In this document: positions 1 through 9,461 of the stretch, in pieces | How the letters are laid out: each line of letters opens with the position of its first letter | Position numbering within the stretch: position 1 is the stretch's first letter | Assembly (NCBI GenBank): GCA_029246985.1 | Contig: JAQWMC010000018.1 | Span: 1 to 59,050, forward strand | Reading direction: 5' to 3' | Length of the DNA: 59,050 nt | From: Pirellulales bacterium | GTDB taxonomy: Bacteria > Planctomycetota > Planctomycetia > Pirellulales > UBA1268 | The notes under the pieces: generated by a model | What the model was told of the DNA's origin: nothing | What the model saw: only the letters and a program-made list of their open reading frames with translations | Database searches by the model: none | Translations under genes and position numbers: made by a program

Positions 1-16
1 TTTCCTCGTGCCGACC

Positions 17-47
17 TGTCGCTTGAAAGCGACAATTTATATTTAAA
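17..47 (+). terminator. Candidate intrinsic terminator hairpin (TGTCGCT-TGAA-AGCGACA) followed by an A/T-rich tract. It may end a + strand gene lying left of the window.
   Basis: A perfect 7-bp stem (17-23 / 28-34) with a 4-nt loop is read directly, followed by ATTTATATTT. No folding energy was computed. Confidence 0.25.
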
Positions 48-316
48 AATCCTTTTATGGTATCGCAACGCGGACAGGTACTTCATTCGATGGATCGCTT
101 TTGTATGGCTGATTCGCACAAACAGAATGATCCGACAAACTCCTGTAAGCCGCAAAAATACGATTCGTAACCTACACGGAGAAGTTAGCGATCCATTGGG
201 GTGTGCGAAATGGCAAAAAACGCCTGTTTTGGGACGTTTTTATCGAACTCCCAAGATTTCGCGTATCATTGAGTCGGCGGTGTTTACCGTACTCTCTCCC
301 TGCTCGCTACTTTTAC

Positions 317-991
317 ATGCAATCTCGTCACCCATTGATTACTGTATCGCCGTTTGAGGTGTATCGGATTGTCTCTCGTCCTTTTTACGAGAACACGTAC
401 ATTCTCATACAAGCAGGGTCTTCAGACTGTCTTGTTGTAGACCCAGGCTTTGAGCCAGAGGCTGTCATCGAAGTAGTCGAGGAGCGCAAACTTGATCCGA
501 CGGCAATTGTACTAACGCACGGCCATTCTGATCATATTGCAGGCGTTTCCGCTATAAAACAGCGATGGCCTTCGGTTCCTGTGTTAATAGGGCACGGTGA
601 TGCTGGAAAACTGACCGACCCCGTTGCGAATCTTTCTGCTGGATATGGCATTGATGTAAAGAGTCCACCAGCAGATACCCTCTTACGTGAGGGTGAGGAT
701 TTACGGGTGGGTGAATTTTGCGGAACCGTTGCTGAGATTCCTGGTCATTCTGTCGGCCATATCGTTTTCTGGTTTGCAAGTGATCCAATCCTGGTGTTTG
801 CCGGTGATGTATTGTTTCATGAAGGAATTGGTCGAACGGATTTCCCTGACGGTGATTTCTCGGCACTTGAAGCAGGAATCCTGAATAAACTTTACAGGCT
901 GCCAGACGCTGCAATTGTTTTGCCCGGTCATGGCGAGCCAACGACAATTGGTCATGAGAAAAAACATAATCCATTTGTGCCATTGCCCTAG
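317..991 (+). CDS. MBL-fold metallo-hydrolase (glyoxalase II-like)
   Basis: The translation has the HxHxDH motif (LTHGHSDHIAG), VVDPG, GDVLF and PGHG. ATG at 317 gives a typical N-terminus, and the 203-316 extension looks non-coding. GTG at 359 is an alternative start. Confidence 0.85.
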   Translation: MQSRHPLITVSPFEVYRIVSRPFYENTYILIQAGSSDCLVVDPGFEPEAVIEVVEERKLDPTAIVLTHGHSDHIAGVSAIKQRWPSVPVLIGHGDAGKLTDPVANLSAGYGIDVKSPPADTLLREGEDLRVGEFCGTVAEIPGHSVGHIVFWFASDPILVFAGDVLFHEGIGRTDFPDGDFSALEAGILNKLYRLPDAAIVLPGHGEPTTIGHEKKHNPFVPLP

Positions 992-1033
992 TTGCTTTTC
1001 ATTGTCTCGTTCCCTGACTTAATTTACTCCTCT

Positions 1034-1702
1034 ATGCTTGCCCCAGCTGATATGCCAACACCACCGCTCGACCAACCCGCTAGCCGGTCGACACTATGTA
1101 AAATAACCGGTCTTGGTTTAGCTGGTTTGGCGCGTTTGTTGGCGGGCGCGAGTATCCGTTGGATTGCAAGTCAGCCGGATACATGCCAGAGGGTATATTT
1201 CGCAAATCACACGAGCCATCTTGATGCACTTTTGATCTGGGCGTCGCTGCCGCGACGAGTTCGGGAAATAACCCGTCCTGTAGCGGCTAAAGATTATTGG
1301 TCTCGAGGTGCTTTGAGAAGATGGCTGGCTGAAGAAGTATTCAATGCAATTCTGATCGATCGAACTGATATTAAAGTTCACCAGAGTCCAGTTGATCTTA
1401 TGCTACGTCAGGCGGGGAGTACGAGATCGCTTATCGTTTTCCCTGAAGGCAGCCGAAGCACGAGCGGCGAGGTCGGTGATTTTAAAAGTGGGCTCTATTA
1501 CTTAGCAAAAAAACGTCCCGAAATTGAATTGATTCCGGTTCACATCGACAACCTTAATAGAGTCTTGCCGCGTGGAGAATTTTTGCCCGTGCCCTTACTT
1601 TCATGCATAAGTTTTGGCCCTCCACTCTGGTTAGAGCGAGATGAAGCCAAGCTAGACTTTCTCGCACGAGCACGCAGAGCAGTCTTATCTTTGAAGGAAT
1701 AG
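1034..1702 (+). CDS. plsC: 1-acyl-sn-glycerol-3-phosphate acyltransferase family protein
   Basis: The HX4D acyltransferase motif (NHTSHLDA) and FPEGSRS motif are present. The gene lies directly upstream of cdsA. The start could also be TTG at 992. Confidence 0.8.
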   Translation: MLAPADMPTPPLDQPASRSTLCKITGLGLAGLARLLAGASIRWIASQPDTCQRVYFANHTSHLDALLIWASLPRRVREITRPVAAKDYWSRGALRRWLAEEVFNAILIDRTDIKVHQSPVDLMLRQAGSTRSLIVFPEGSRSTSGEVGDFKSGLYYLAKKRPEIELIPVHIDNLNRVLPRGEFLPVPLLSCISFGPPLWLERDEAKLDFLARARRAVLSLKE

Positions 1703-1755
1703 AAAAAGTGGCAGCACTAAAATCCAATGGCAATCTCAGAGAGGGCGGCTTCTAA

Positions 1756-2727
1756 GTGAATGATATCCGTACCATTGCCTTAGTTGCTGGCGTCCTGCTT
1801 TTGCTATCTGTAGTGACAGGGGTAGGGCAATTTCTGAAACGGCATCCGGACCGAGGTATCGATGCTGCTGCTGTGCGGACATTTAATATGCGAATTCGTG
1901 GGTGGTGGGTCTTGTGTACGGTTCTGGCCGCCGCTTTCTGGCTTGGGTCGACTGCCACGGTCATCCTGTTTGGCTGTGTTTCTTTTTGGGCATTGCGAGA
2001 GTTCATTACACTCACGCCAACTCGCAAGGGGGATCACAGGGCTTTGTTTTGGGTGTTCTTTCTTTTCACGCCCCTCCACTATGTACTTGTCGGACTGAAT
2101 CGATACGACATTTACAGTGTTTTTCTCCCTGTCTACGCGACACTTTTCGTTCTTGCTAGGGCGGCGGTAGCTGGCGACTATAAGCGGTTTCTTGAACGAA
2201 CAGCAAAAATTCAGGCGGGTCTTGTTGTCTGTGTGTACTGCTTGTCATTTGCACCAGCTCTTCTCGAGCTTCAAGTCGACGGAGGGCCGGAACGAGTGAG
2301 TGAATTAGGTAGCCGTGACGCAAACTTTCGGCTGCTGTTCTTTTTAATTCTTCTTGTCCAATTCGCCGACTGTATGCAGTATGTATGGAGTAGAATGCTG
2401 GGGCAGAACTTAGTTGCTGCCGCAGTCAGTTCGAATCGGACATGGGAAGGCTTGCTTGGCAGTGCAACGAGTACGGCGCTCCTTGCAGCAGTTTTATGGT
2501 GGGCCGCCCCGCCATTTCAGCCATGGCAGGCTGCAATCGTGGGGCTGGTAGTCGCGATTGTGGGATTTGCTGGCGGCATGACAATGTCAGCCATCAAGCG
2601 AGACCGCGGTGTAAAAGATTATGGAACGCTTGTAGTTGGTCATGGTGGCGTGCTTGATCGTATTGATTCGATCTGCTTTGCAGCACCAGTTTTTTATCAC
2701 ATGACAGTTCTAGTTATTGGCGGCTAA
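1756..2727 (+). CDS. cdsA: Phosphatidate cytidylyltransferase (CDP-diglyceride synthase)
   Basis: Polytopic membrane protein with the C-terminal signature GHGGVLDRIDS. GTG start. Confidence 0.85.
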   Translation: MNDIRTIALVAGVLLLLSVVTGVGQFLKRHPDRGIDAAAVRTFNMRIRGWWVLCTVLAAAFWLGSTATVILFGCVSFWALREFITLTPTRKGDHRALFWVFFLFTPLHYVLVGLNRYDIYSVFLPVYATLFVLARAAVAGDYKRFLERTAKIQAGLVVCVYCLSFAPALLELQVDGGPERVSELGSRDANFRLLFFLILLVQFADCMQYVWSRMLGQNLVAAAVSSNRTWEGLLGSATSTALLAAVLWWAAPPFQPWQAAIVGLVVAIVGFAGGMTMSAIKRDRGVKDYGTLVVGHGGVLDRIDSICFAAPVFYHMTVLVIGG

Positions 2728-3668
2728 TTGTGATTGGTTTCCCGCTGAGTGCGTTGAGCTCGCTGAACATAAATCGATTGTCGTGCCGCCGTCGCAGAAA
2801 TTCTATCTCTTGTGGGTCCTTTTACGTATGAGCCGTCAGGGCTTTGCCCCCGGGTGGTTCGTGCGATGTCTTGAACCTGAGGGATCGCAGCGGCAACTGA
2901 CGCCGGCGGGGCAGGGCAACCACGCTTTACCCATTCAAGCCAAACGGTTTGCAGTTTACCAATATCATGAATGCCGTAATACTGACTCAACGACTCTGGC
3001 CAATCGCTGCTTGCTAAACCGTCACCGACGAAATGAATGTATCGTTTTCTGCCGCCTCGCTCTATCAGGTAGCGAGCAAGCGAGTAGCCCTGCGAATAGA
3101 GTGGAAGCACATCTGCCGGATATTCTTTCATAGCGAACATTTCGGGGAATGAAATCCCTCTGCCGGTCCGTAGAAACTCTATGAGTAGTCTGTGCTGCCG
3201 AGCTCGTTCTACTGGATGCTCTACGGTTGTGCAGGCGCCCTCATCGGCCCATCGTGGCAGCGGTTGACGAAAGTGGCTCGCGAAAATTGTGTGAGTGACC
3301 TCATGTGGGAGAACAGAGTCGAGAATCCGTTCTTCACTGCCTTGGATAGTCATTGTCCAGTTGAAGACTTCGCCTCTATCAAATACAAAACTTGTTGCAC
3401 CACCTGCTCCAAGTGTTGGGGCTACTTCTGCTGTTATCGGACACGGCTGACTCCACCGAGGAAGCGGTTGTCCGATCCATTCAATGGCGAGGTCGTGGCG
3501 ATACTGTTCGGCAGCATCTCCAATCTTCTGTGCTAACTGAGGGCTGGGGGCTTCAACAACAAAGTTTGCTGTTCGGTAGCCTGCTGCGAATAGAATATTG
3601 GCCGGTAGGATAAACAACGTTATCGCACCGATGAGAAAAAATCTTCTTTCGAGTTTTCCAAACTGCAT
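2724..3668 (-). CDS. Secreted putative gluzincin-type zinc metallopeptidase
   Basis: N-terminal signal-like segment (FFLIGAITLFILPANILFAAG). HEVTH (HExxH) is followed 16 residues later by WADEG, which resembles the M1-type WLNEG third-ligand motif. The family assignment is inference. Confidence 0.55.
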   Translation of the reverse strand: MQFGKLERRFFLIGAITLFILPANILFAAGYRTANFVVEAPSPQLAQKIGDAAEQYRHDLAIEWIGQPLPRWSQPCPITAEVAPTLGAGGATSFVFDRGEVFNWTMTIQGSEERILDSVLPHEVTHTIFASHFRQPLPRWADEGACTTVEHPVERARQHRLLIEFLRTGRGISFPEMFAMKEYPADVLPLYSQGYSLARYLIERGGRKRYIHFVGDGLASSDWPESLSQYYGIHDIGKLQTVWLEWVKRGCPAPPASVAAAIPQVQDIARTTRGQSPDGSYVKGPTRDRISATAARQSIYVQRAQRTQRETNHN

Positions 3669-3775
3669 GTATTCACCACTTCGGAGACGATGTCATCTGC
3701 ATTCGTAACGATGACGAGACGTCGGACGGTAGCGGTGGAAAGAAGACGAGGCCAGAGCGATTTTAGCCCCGGAGT

Positions 3776-4555
3776 CTATTCGGCAGGAATCAGTCTCGGC
3801 CATGCTAGCTGAAGTTGATTTGCTTGCGGTATTTCGAGGGTTGTGCCTGGAGATAGCGATACCCGTGGCTGAAGAGTCTTATTCCATGCAAAAAGGCTTC
3901 GGTAATAACGGCCATCACCGTAGGCACTCTCAGCAAGTTGCCACCAGGAGTCACCCTCTCGTACGTCATAAAGCATTCCTGGCGACAGCTTCTTAATTGA
4001 TTTTGTAGTAGTTGTTTGAAGTGGTGAATTGGCGATGGGTGGGGATTGTGGAGGTAACTGTGAATTGACGTCATCTACAGCCTGTGTTGATGCTTCAGGA
4101 AACGTTTGTATTGTTCCCGGTTTTTGCCATGGCGCGTTCTTCTTTTCAACGTCTGGAAATCTTTCTATACCCGGCTCCTGATTATCGGGGGCTGGGGTTT
4201 TATGGATTGGTTCAAGCGTGGGAGGATTATCAAGTTTCGTCGCTGAAAGAGGAAAGTCGTTTGGGTTTGTTTGGTTAAACGAAGGTTCAAAGCTGGCCTC
4301 AACGTTCGGAAAGCGTGGCTGTGTTTGTGGCGCATCAGGAGCGTTAGCTTTGTGCTGGAGAGTCTTTTTTTCTGGGCTCGGGGTAAGGTCAGGAGGCGGG
4401 ACGGTTTCTGCAAAAGGGTTAAAAGTGAGGGTATGAATATCTGGACCAGCCCCCTCGGGCGGCCGTGGTATGAGCAGTCGTAGAGCAAGTGCAGTAACAA
4501 AAATTCCTGCTAGAAGACCAAGCAACGACAGAAGGAATTTGGATTCACGTCCCAT
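3776..4555 (-). CDS. Membrane-anchored Pro-rich protein with a C-terminal LysM peptidoglycan-binding domain
   Basis: N-terminal TM segment (FLLSLLGLLAGIFVTALAL), a long P/T/Q-rich linker, and a C-terminal LysM pattern YDVREGDSWWQLAESAYGDGRYYRSLFAWNK...LSPGTTLEIP. Confidence 0.75.
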   Translation of the reverse strand: MGRESKFLLSLLGLLAGIFVTALALRLLIPRPPEGAGPDIHTLTFNPFAETVPPPDLTPSPEKKTLQHKANAPDAPQTQPRFPNVEASFEPSFNQTNPNDFPLSATKLDNPPTLEPIHKTPAPDNQEPGIERFPDVEKKNAPWQKPGTIQTFPEASTQAVDDVNSQLPPQSPPIANSPLQTTTTKSIKKLSPGMLYDVREGDSWWQLAESAYGDGRYYRSLFAWNKTLQPRVSLSPGTTLEIPQANQLQLAWPRLIPAE

Positions 4556-4813
4556 TCAAAGTCCGCACGAATAATCTATGTTCAGTGGCTGCGTACTTCG
4601 CAGCTCGAGGTTTTTCTCAAGAGCGGTGATTCTGCTGAATCTACGCTGTTGTTGCTAGAGCGGCAGGGAAAGAAAAAAGAGTGTTTGCAAAAAGAGTGCT
4701 ATTTCCTAAAAACAGTGAAAACGGCATCGTTAGAGTGGGAACCACTCAAATTGGTGCACTCGCCTCGTGGCAAAATAGGGAGGCCACGTAACATTCTGGA
4801 TGCGGAGCAAAGT

Positions 4814-5689
4814 TCAGATTTTTTCAGCAGCTCGAAGTCGTGCTGACCGAGACCGACGATTCATAGCGACTTCATCTGCCGCAGCCTCAACAGGTGATTT
4901 CGTAAGGCAGTTCCAGATTTGAGGGCTACGGAAAGCTGTCTTTACAAGACGGTCTTCGAGTGAATGAAATGAAATAACAACCAGCCTGCCTCCAGGTTTC
5001 AAACGATCGGGTATGCGTTCAAGTGCTATTTGAAGACTCTTGAGTTCTTCATTCACTGCGATTCGAAGTGCCTGAAAAGTACGAGTCGCTGGATGAATCC
5101 TTTTTTTGTTTGTTGCTTGTCGAGGTATAGCCGACACGACAAGTTTGGCGAACTCCCTGGCTGATTCTATTGGTTGGCGTTCTCGAGCCTGCGCAATGCG
5201 TCGCGCGATTCGGCGGCTGTGTCGTTCTTCACCGAATTCATAGATAAGGTCTGCAAGTGTTTCTGGTCGGAGACGGTTGATAAGCCTCCATGCGGGCTCG
5301 CCTTCGGTTGGGTCAAATCGCAGATCAAGTGGTCCCTCAGAGTCAAATGAAAACCCTCTTTCACGGTCAGCAAGTTGGTCGCTCGAAATACCGACATCCA
5401 AAAGCATGCCATCAATGCTTTCAACTTCCACTGCATCGAGAACCTCGGGCAGATTACAGAAGTTCGCCTGAGCGAACCGAATTGGAAGGTTTGCCAGTTC
5501 TTTTGCGCCACGTTCAATTGCGGAAGGATCCCGGTCAATGGCAATGACCTTGCCTGTTGGTCCAACAAGTTCTGCTAGCAATCGCGTGTGCCCTCCTCCT
5601 CCAAGTGTGCCATCAACGACCGTCATTCCCGGGGCGAGGTTCAGGAATGACAGTGACTCCTTGACCAGAACGCTGGTATGGAGGCTCAT
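4814..5689 (-). CDS. rsmH: 16S rRNA (cytosine1402-N4)-methyltransferase
   Basis: HTSVLVKESL near the N-terminus, SAM motif VDGTLGGGGHT, and ISFHSLEDR. ATG at 5689 is preferred; GTG at 5725 is an alternative. Confidence 0.9.
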   Translation of the reverse strand: MSLHTSVLVKESLSFLNLAPGMTVVDGTLGGGGHTRLLAELVGPTGKVIAIDRDPSAIERGAKELANLPIRFAQANFCNLPEVLDAVEVESIDGMLLDVGISSDQLADRERGFSFDSEGPLDLRFDPTEGEPAWRLINRLRPETLADLIYEFGEERHSRRIARRIAQARERQPIESAREFAKLVVSAIPRQATNKKRIHPATRTFQALRIAVNEELKSLQIALERIPDRLKPGGRLVVISFHSLEDRLVKTAFRSPQIWNCLTKSPVEAAADEVAMNRRSRSARLRAAEKI

Positions 5690-5777
5690 GGAAGAGGATC
5701 GCTGGGTAGAGTCTGAGTTGTGCACGTGACTAGTTTAACCATTCCGAGCAGTTGATTTATTGAGTACCTTAATAAGC

Positions 5778-6854
5778 ATGACAGGTCCAGCGGATTTAAC
5801 TACAGCCGAATTTTATGACTACGATCTTCCCGAGTCATCAATTGCACAGGAGCCACTGGCAGATCGTGCTGCTGCTCGGCTGCTTGTCTTGGATCGTGCG
5901 ACGCAATCGATTCGGCATATGAACATTCGGGATTTACCCAAGATCCTCGAGCCGAATGATCTCATGGTAGTAAACGATTCGCGGGTTGTGCCTGCTCGCC
6001 TGCATGGACGGCGGGCTGAAACGGATGGTCGCTGGGAGGGACTCTTCTTAGCGGAGGTTGTTAGCGATAACGGACGTCGTTTGTTGCGTTTGCTATCCAA
6101 AACACGGGGTACCTTGCGAGTTGGTGAACGTATCACAGTAATAGACAAAGATGGAGGAGATCAGGCTGCCCTTGAACTTGTTGCCCGCGATACGGGAGGG
6201 ACCTGGTTAGTCGATCCGTGCTCAGACGAGCCAACACTTGATTTTCTGTCTCGCGTTGGCCGGGTTCCGCTGCCTGGATACATTCGGGAGGGAATAGCTC
6301 GGAGAGAAGACGTTGAAAGATATCAGACAGTCTTTGCAGAACGGCCTGGATCAGCTGCAGCACCAACGGCAGGTCTGCACTTCACCCCCTCGCTGCTGGA
6401 GGAACTGCAGAGCAGGGGCGTAAAGCGTGCAGAGGTTACTTTGCATGTTGGGATTGATACATTTCGGCCAATTGGTACGGAAAAGATTGATGAGCATGCA
6501 ATGCACTCTGAGTGGTGTGCTGTTTCTGAGGAAACGGTAGCAGCTGTTCGTCGAACTCAACAGCTCAGTGGGAGAGTCGTGGCTGTTGGCACGACCGCTG
6601 TTCGTTCTCTTGAAACGGCAGCAAAAGTTGGAACGGCCGAGTCGTATGTTGGTTCAACAGACCTGTATATCCGCCCCGGATATTCTTTTTGTGCAGTGGA
6701 TGGCATGTTGACAAACTTTCACATGCCAAGAACGACATTAATGGTACTTGTGAGCACGTTTGCTGGCCATGATCTCATCAAGCACGCGTATCAGGAGGCG
6801 ATTCGGACTGGGTATCGGTTCTTGAGTTATGGTGATGCAATGCTGATTTTGTAG
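5778..6854 (+). CDS. queA: S-adenosylmethionine:tRNA ribosyltransferase-isomerase
   Basis: FYDYDLPESSIAQEPL at the N-terminus, VNDSRV, GLHFT and GTT(A)VR motifs. ATG at 5778 is preferred; TTG at 5760 is an alternative. Confidence 0.9.
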   Translation: MTGPADLTTAEFYDYDLPESSIAQEPLADRAAARLLVLDRATQSIRHMNIRDLPKILEPNDLMVVNDSRVVPARLHGRRAETDGRWEGLFLAEVVSDNGRRLLRLLSKTRGTLRVGERITVIDKDGGDQAALELVARDTGGTWLVDPCSDEPTLDFLSRVGRVPLPGYIREGIARREDVERYQTVFAERPGSAAAPTAGLHFTPSLLEELQSRGVKRAEVTLHVGIDTFRPIGTEKIDEHAMHSEWCAVSEETVAAVRRTQQLSGRVVAVGTTAVRSLETAAKVGTAESYVGSTDLYIRPGYSFCAVDGMLTNFHMPRTTLMVLVSTFAGHDLIKHAYQEAIRTGYRFLSYGDAMLIL

Positions 6855-6900
6855 TGCAAAATTTCTGTCAGCGTTTTCCTTCTAGGCCTTCATGAAAAAT

Positions 6901-6928
6901 TCAGCTGATCGTTGTCAGCTGATCGTTG
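6901..6928. repeat. Perfect tandem duplication of the 14-mer TCAGCTGATCGTTG in the queA / Nudix-like intergenic region
   Basis: Read directly. Each copy contains the 8-bp palindrome TCAGCTGA. Confidence 0.9.
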
Positions 6929-6994
6929 TATGATGCAATAAGAGCCTAGAATAAAAATAGTTCCCGTTTTGAAACTTGAAAAGGAGTTACGCTC

Positions 6995-7624
6995 GTGGCC
7001 TCTCTACCTCAGGAAGATGTTTTGGTGGTACCTCGTTCAGTGTTGGAGCGGGCGGGGTTGTTTCAGGGGTTTTGTGGAGACGTTGAAAAATACCTCCCGA
7101 TCCTTCTTGACCCGAATCAAACACTCTGGATGCCGCGCGAGAAAGCAGAAGAGGACCCGTCATTTAAACAGCTTATTCCGTATTGCCTGCTTGCATGGTC
7201 TGGTCCTGATGGAGTGACGCAGTATTTCTCCTATACGCGTGGTGGTGGGCAGGGTGAGGCACGGCTCCGGACCAAACGTTCCATTGGTGTCGGCGGTCAT
7301 ATTGCCAGTACGGATGGAGAGCATGGTGATAACGCATCATATGAGGCCGGTATGCTTCGGGAGCTAAAGGAAGAAGTGGCCATCAGCGGAAAATTTACGA
7401 GTCGATGCGTCGGGCTTATTAACGATGATACGACTCCCGTTGGAAGTGTGCATCTCGGCATTGTTCATGTGCTTGAGTTGCAATCCCCCGAGGTGGAATC
7501 TCGTGAGGCGGACCTGCTCGAATGTGGATTTCAATCGTCCGAGAAGTTACTTGCTGATCGCAAACAGTTTGAAACCTGGTCTCAGATTGCTCTGGAAGCG
7601 GTCGAAGCTGGCGTCCTTGGGTAA
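6995..7624 (+). CDS. Nudix-like hydrolase domain protein (predicted phosphoesterase)
   Basis: A partial Nudix box is visible: GVGGHI...x...MLRELKEEVAI (REUxEE-like). The function is uncertain. GTG start. Confidence 0.45.
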   Translation: MASLPQEDVLVVPRSVLERAGLFQGFCGDVEKYLPILLDPNQTLWMPREKAEEDPSFKQLIPYCLLAWSGPDGVTQYFSYTRGGGQGEARLRTKRSIGVGGHIASTDGEHGDNASYEAGMLRELKEEVAISGKFTSRCVGLINDDTTPVGSVHLGIVHVLELQSPEVESREADLLECGFQSSEKLLADRKQFETWSQIALEAVEAGVLG

Positions 7625-7681
7625 GTATGGAACAAAATACTTCGGGTCCGTTCATACAGAATTGGTAAGGAATATTCAGTG

Positions 7682-8863
7682 ATGCCTGGCAATGGTCCTG
7701 TTTATCTGGATAACCATGCAACCACTCGAGTTGACCCCGACGTGGTTGAATCGATGATTCCGTGGTTTACAGATAACTACGGAAACGCAGGCAGTGGCAC
7801 GCATGCGATGGGGACGGAGGCTCGTGACGCCGTGGAGGCAGCAAGGAAACGTGTGGCACACGCAGTCGGTGCGACTCCTCGAGAGATTGTTTTTACCAGC
7901 GGAGCAACTGAAAGTATCAACCTGGCGATGGTGGGCGCGGTAAGTCGTCAGTCAATGAAGCACTGTGTTGTCCCCGAAACAGAGCACGCAGCTGTCCTCG
8001 ATGTGGCTGATCAACTCGAGAGGCAAGGCCTCTCTGTCTGTCGTTTACCAGTTGCAACGAAAGAGAGCAAAGCTCCTGGTGCTCTTGATCTTGACCGTCT
8101 TGATGAAATGGTCAGCTCGGGGCCAGCTCTCGTTTCGGTCATGTTTGCAAATAATGAGATCGGCTTGGTGCATCCAATTTCAGACATTGCTGATATTGTG
8201 CATGCCCATGGTGCTTTGCTTCATGTCGACTGTGCACAGGCAATCGGGAACTGCTCTTTGGATGTAACTGCACTTGGTGCTGACTTAGCCAGTTTCTCAG
8301 CACACAAGTGTCATGGCCCAAAAGGTGTTGGTGCTTTATATGTCCGGCGTCAACAACGAGCTGTAAGAATTGATCCACAGGTTTTTGGAGGTGGTCAGGA
8401 ACGTGGTATCCGGAGTGGAACACTTAATGTGCCCGGCATAGTAGGAATGGGGAGAGCCTGTGAGCTTGCGGGTAAAACGCTGGGCGTAGCCACAAGTCAT
8501 ATGGCTTCTTTACGCACAACACTCTGGAACCGGCTCCTGGAATATATTCCAGATATACGATTGAATGGTCCACCGATTGACTCAGACGTACGACTTCCAA
8601 ATAACCTAAATATCCTTATTCCCGGAATTGATGGTGCCACTCTTCTTGCTGAACTTTCACGAACCGGAGTGGCTGCAAGTTCCGGCAGCGCATGCTCGAG
8701 CGAACAGCCAAGGCCTAGCCATGTCCTGCGTGCTCTCGGGTTATCGGAGGAAGAAGCCCGGCAAAGTATTCGATTTGGGGTTTCACGAATGACCACACTT
8801 GAGGAGATTGAGTCGGCAGCGGAGCGGCTGAAAGTAGCGGTTCAGTCCCTTGGTCACGTCTAA
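7682..8863 (+). CDS. Cysteine desulfurase, class I (IscS/NifS-like), PLP-dependent
   Basis: PLP-lysine motif SAHKCHGPKGVGALY and active-site loop SSGSACSS. GTG at 7679 immediately precedes ATG at 7682. Confidence 0.9.
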   Translation: MPGNGPVYLDNHATTRVDPDVVESMIPWFTDNYGNAGSGTHAMGTEARDAVEAARKRVAHAVGATPREIVFTSGATESINLAMVGAVSRQSMKHCVVPETEHAAVLDVADQLERQGLSVCRLPVATKESKAPGALDLDRLDEMVSSGPALVSVMFANNEIGLVHPISDIADIVHAHGALLHVDCAQAIGNCSLDVTALGADLASFSAHKCHGPKGVGALYVRRQQRAVRIDPQVFGGGQERGIRSGTLNVPGIVGMGRACELAGKTLGVATSHMASLRTTLWNRLLEYIPDIRLNGPPIDSDVRLPNNLNILIPGIDGATLLAELSRTGVAASSGSACSSEQPRPSHVLRALGLSEEEARQSIRFGVSRMTTLEEIESAAERLKVAVQSLGHV

Positions 8864-9095
8864 ATATTCTTCAATTTTCCCGCGTAACCGTTAAAAAGTG
8901 CGGCCATGTAGTCAACTTCTGACGTGTTCAGTGCACCGCCCTTTGCCGCCAATCATGAGCGGGATAAACTATAGTTGACTGTATGAGAGCATACTCGTGA
9001 CCGGTCGAATGATAGTATTCATCCGGTAATGGCTGTTTGTAGCAGCCGTCGCGCTTCTCAAAACAATTAGCAAACTCCTACGGAGATATTTTACA

Positions 9096-9428
9096 ATGTC
9101 GGTTACGCTTACTGAAAAGGCAGCCAGCGAAGTTAAGAAAATCATTACAGATCAGAAGCTAGAGGACGGCACAGTCCTTCGCGTCGGCGTTGCCGGTGGT
9201 GGATGTAGTGGGTTTCAATATTCACTGGGTTTTGATACTCAATTCGACCCAAAAGCTGACACAAAAACTGACCAGCACGGCATTGCAGTTGTCGTTGATA
9301 AAAAGAGTGATCTTTTTCTTGATGGGACAACGCTCGACTTCCATGAAGGAATTGATAAGCGAGGCTTCACCTTCAATAACCCAAATGCTTCGAAAAGCTG
9401 TGGGTGTGGCAGTTCATTCCAGGCCTGA
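9096..9428 (+). CDS. A-type iron-sulfur cluster carrier (IscA/ErpA/HesB family)
   Basis: 110 aa with GGCSGFQY and the C-terminal CGCGSSF cysteine triad characteristic of the family. Confidence 0.9.
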   Translation: MSVTLTEKAASEVKKIITDQKLEDGTVLRVGVAGGGCSGFQYSLGFDTQFDPKADTKTDQHGIAVVVDKKSDLFLDGTTLDFHEGIDKRGFTFNNPNASKSCGCGSSFQA

Positions 9429-9461
9429 TCAACTATTGCGATAAGGTGCAGAGGAGGTCCG

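Noticed and set aside
218-230. The 13-mer AAACGCCTGTTTT at 218-230 recurs as its reverse complement at 16326-16338, just upstream of the TetR gene
   Set aside because: With about 59 kb compared against itself on both strands, dozens of 13-mer coincidences are expected by chance (roughly 59,000^2 x 4^-13). There is no extended similarity around either copy.
203-316. 38-codon N-terminal extension of the MBL-fold hydrolase ORF
   Set aside because: The extension (MRNGKKRLFWDVFIELPRF…) precedes the point where homologs normally begin. ATG at 317 gives a standard N-terminus.
1-357. Frame +1 is open from the window edge to TGA at 355-357, so it could be the 3' end of a gene to the left
   Set aside because: The region is visibly A/T-richer than the coding DNA around it. 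It contains a terminator-like hairpin at 17-34, and the translation (…LYLKILLWYRNADRYFIRW…) has no recognisable character. I treated it as intergenic or promoter DNA, and I cannot exclude a short gene end.
2429-2437. GTTCGAATC, a tRNA T-loop-like string
   Set aside because: It lies inside the cdsA coding frame, and no acceptor or anticodon arms can be drawn around it. I recognised no tRNA anywhere in the window.
4649-4846. 65-aa plus-strand ORF in the rsmH / LysM-gene spacer; I also checked the minus strand of the spacer for an FtsL-like small gene
   Set aside because: The plus ORF runs antisense into the rsmH 3' end and looks random. The best minus-strand ORF is 31 codons with no TM segment, so no ftsL-like gene is supported.
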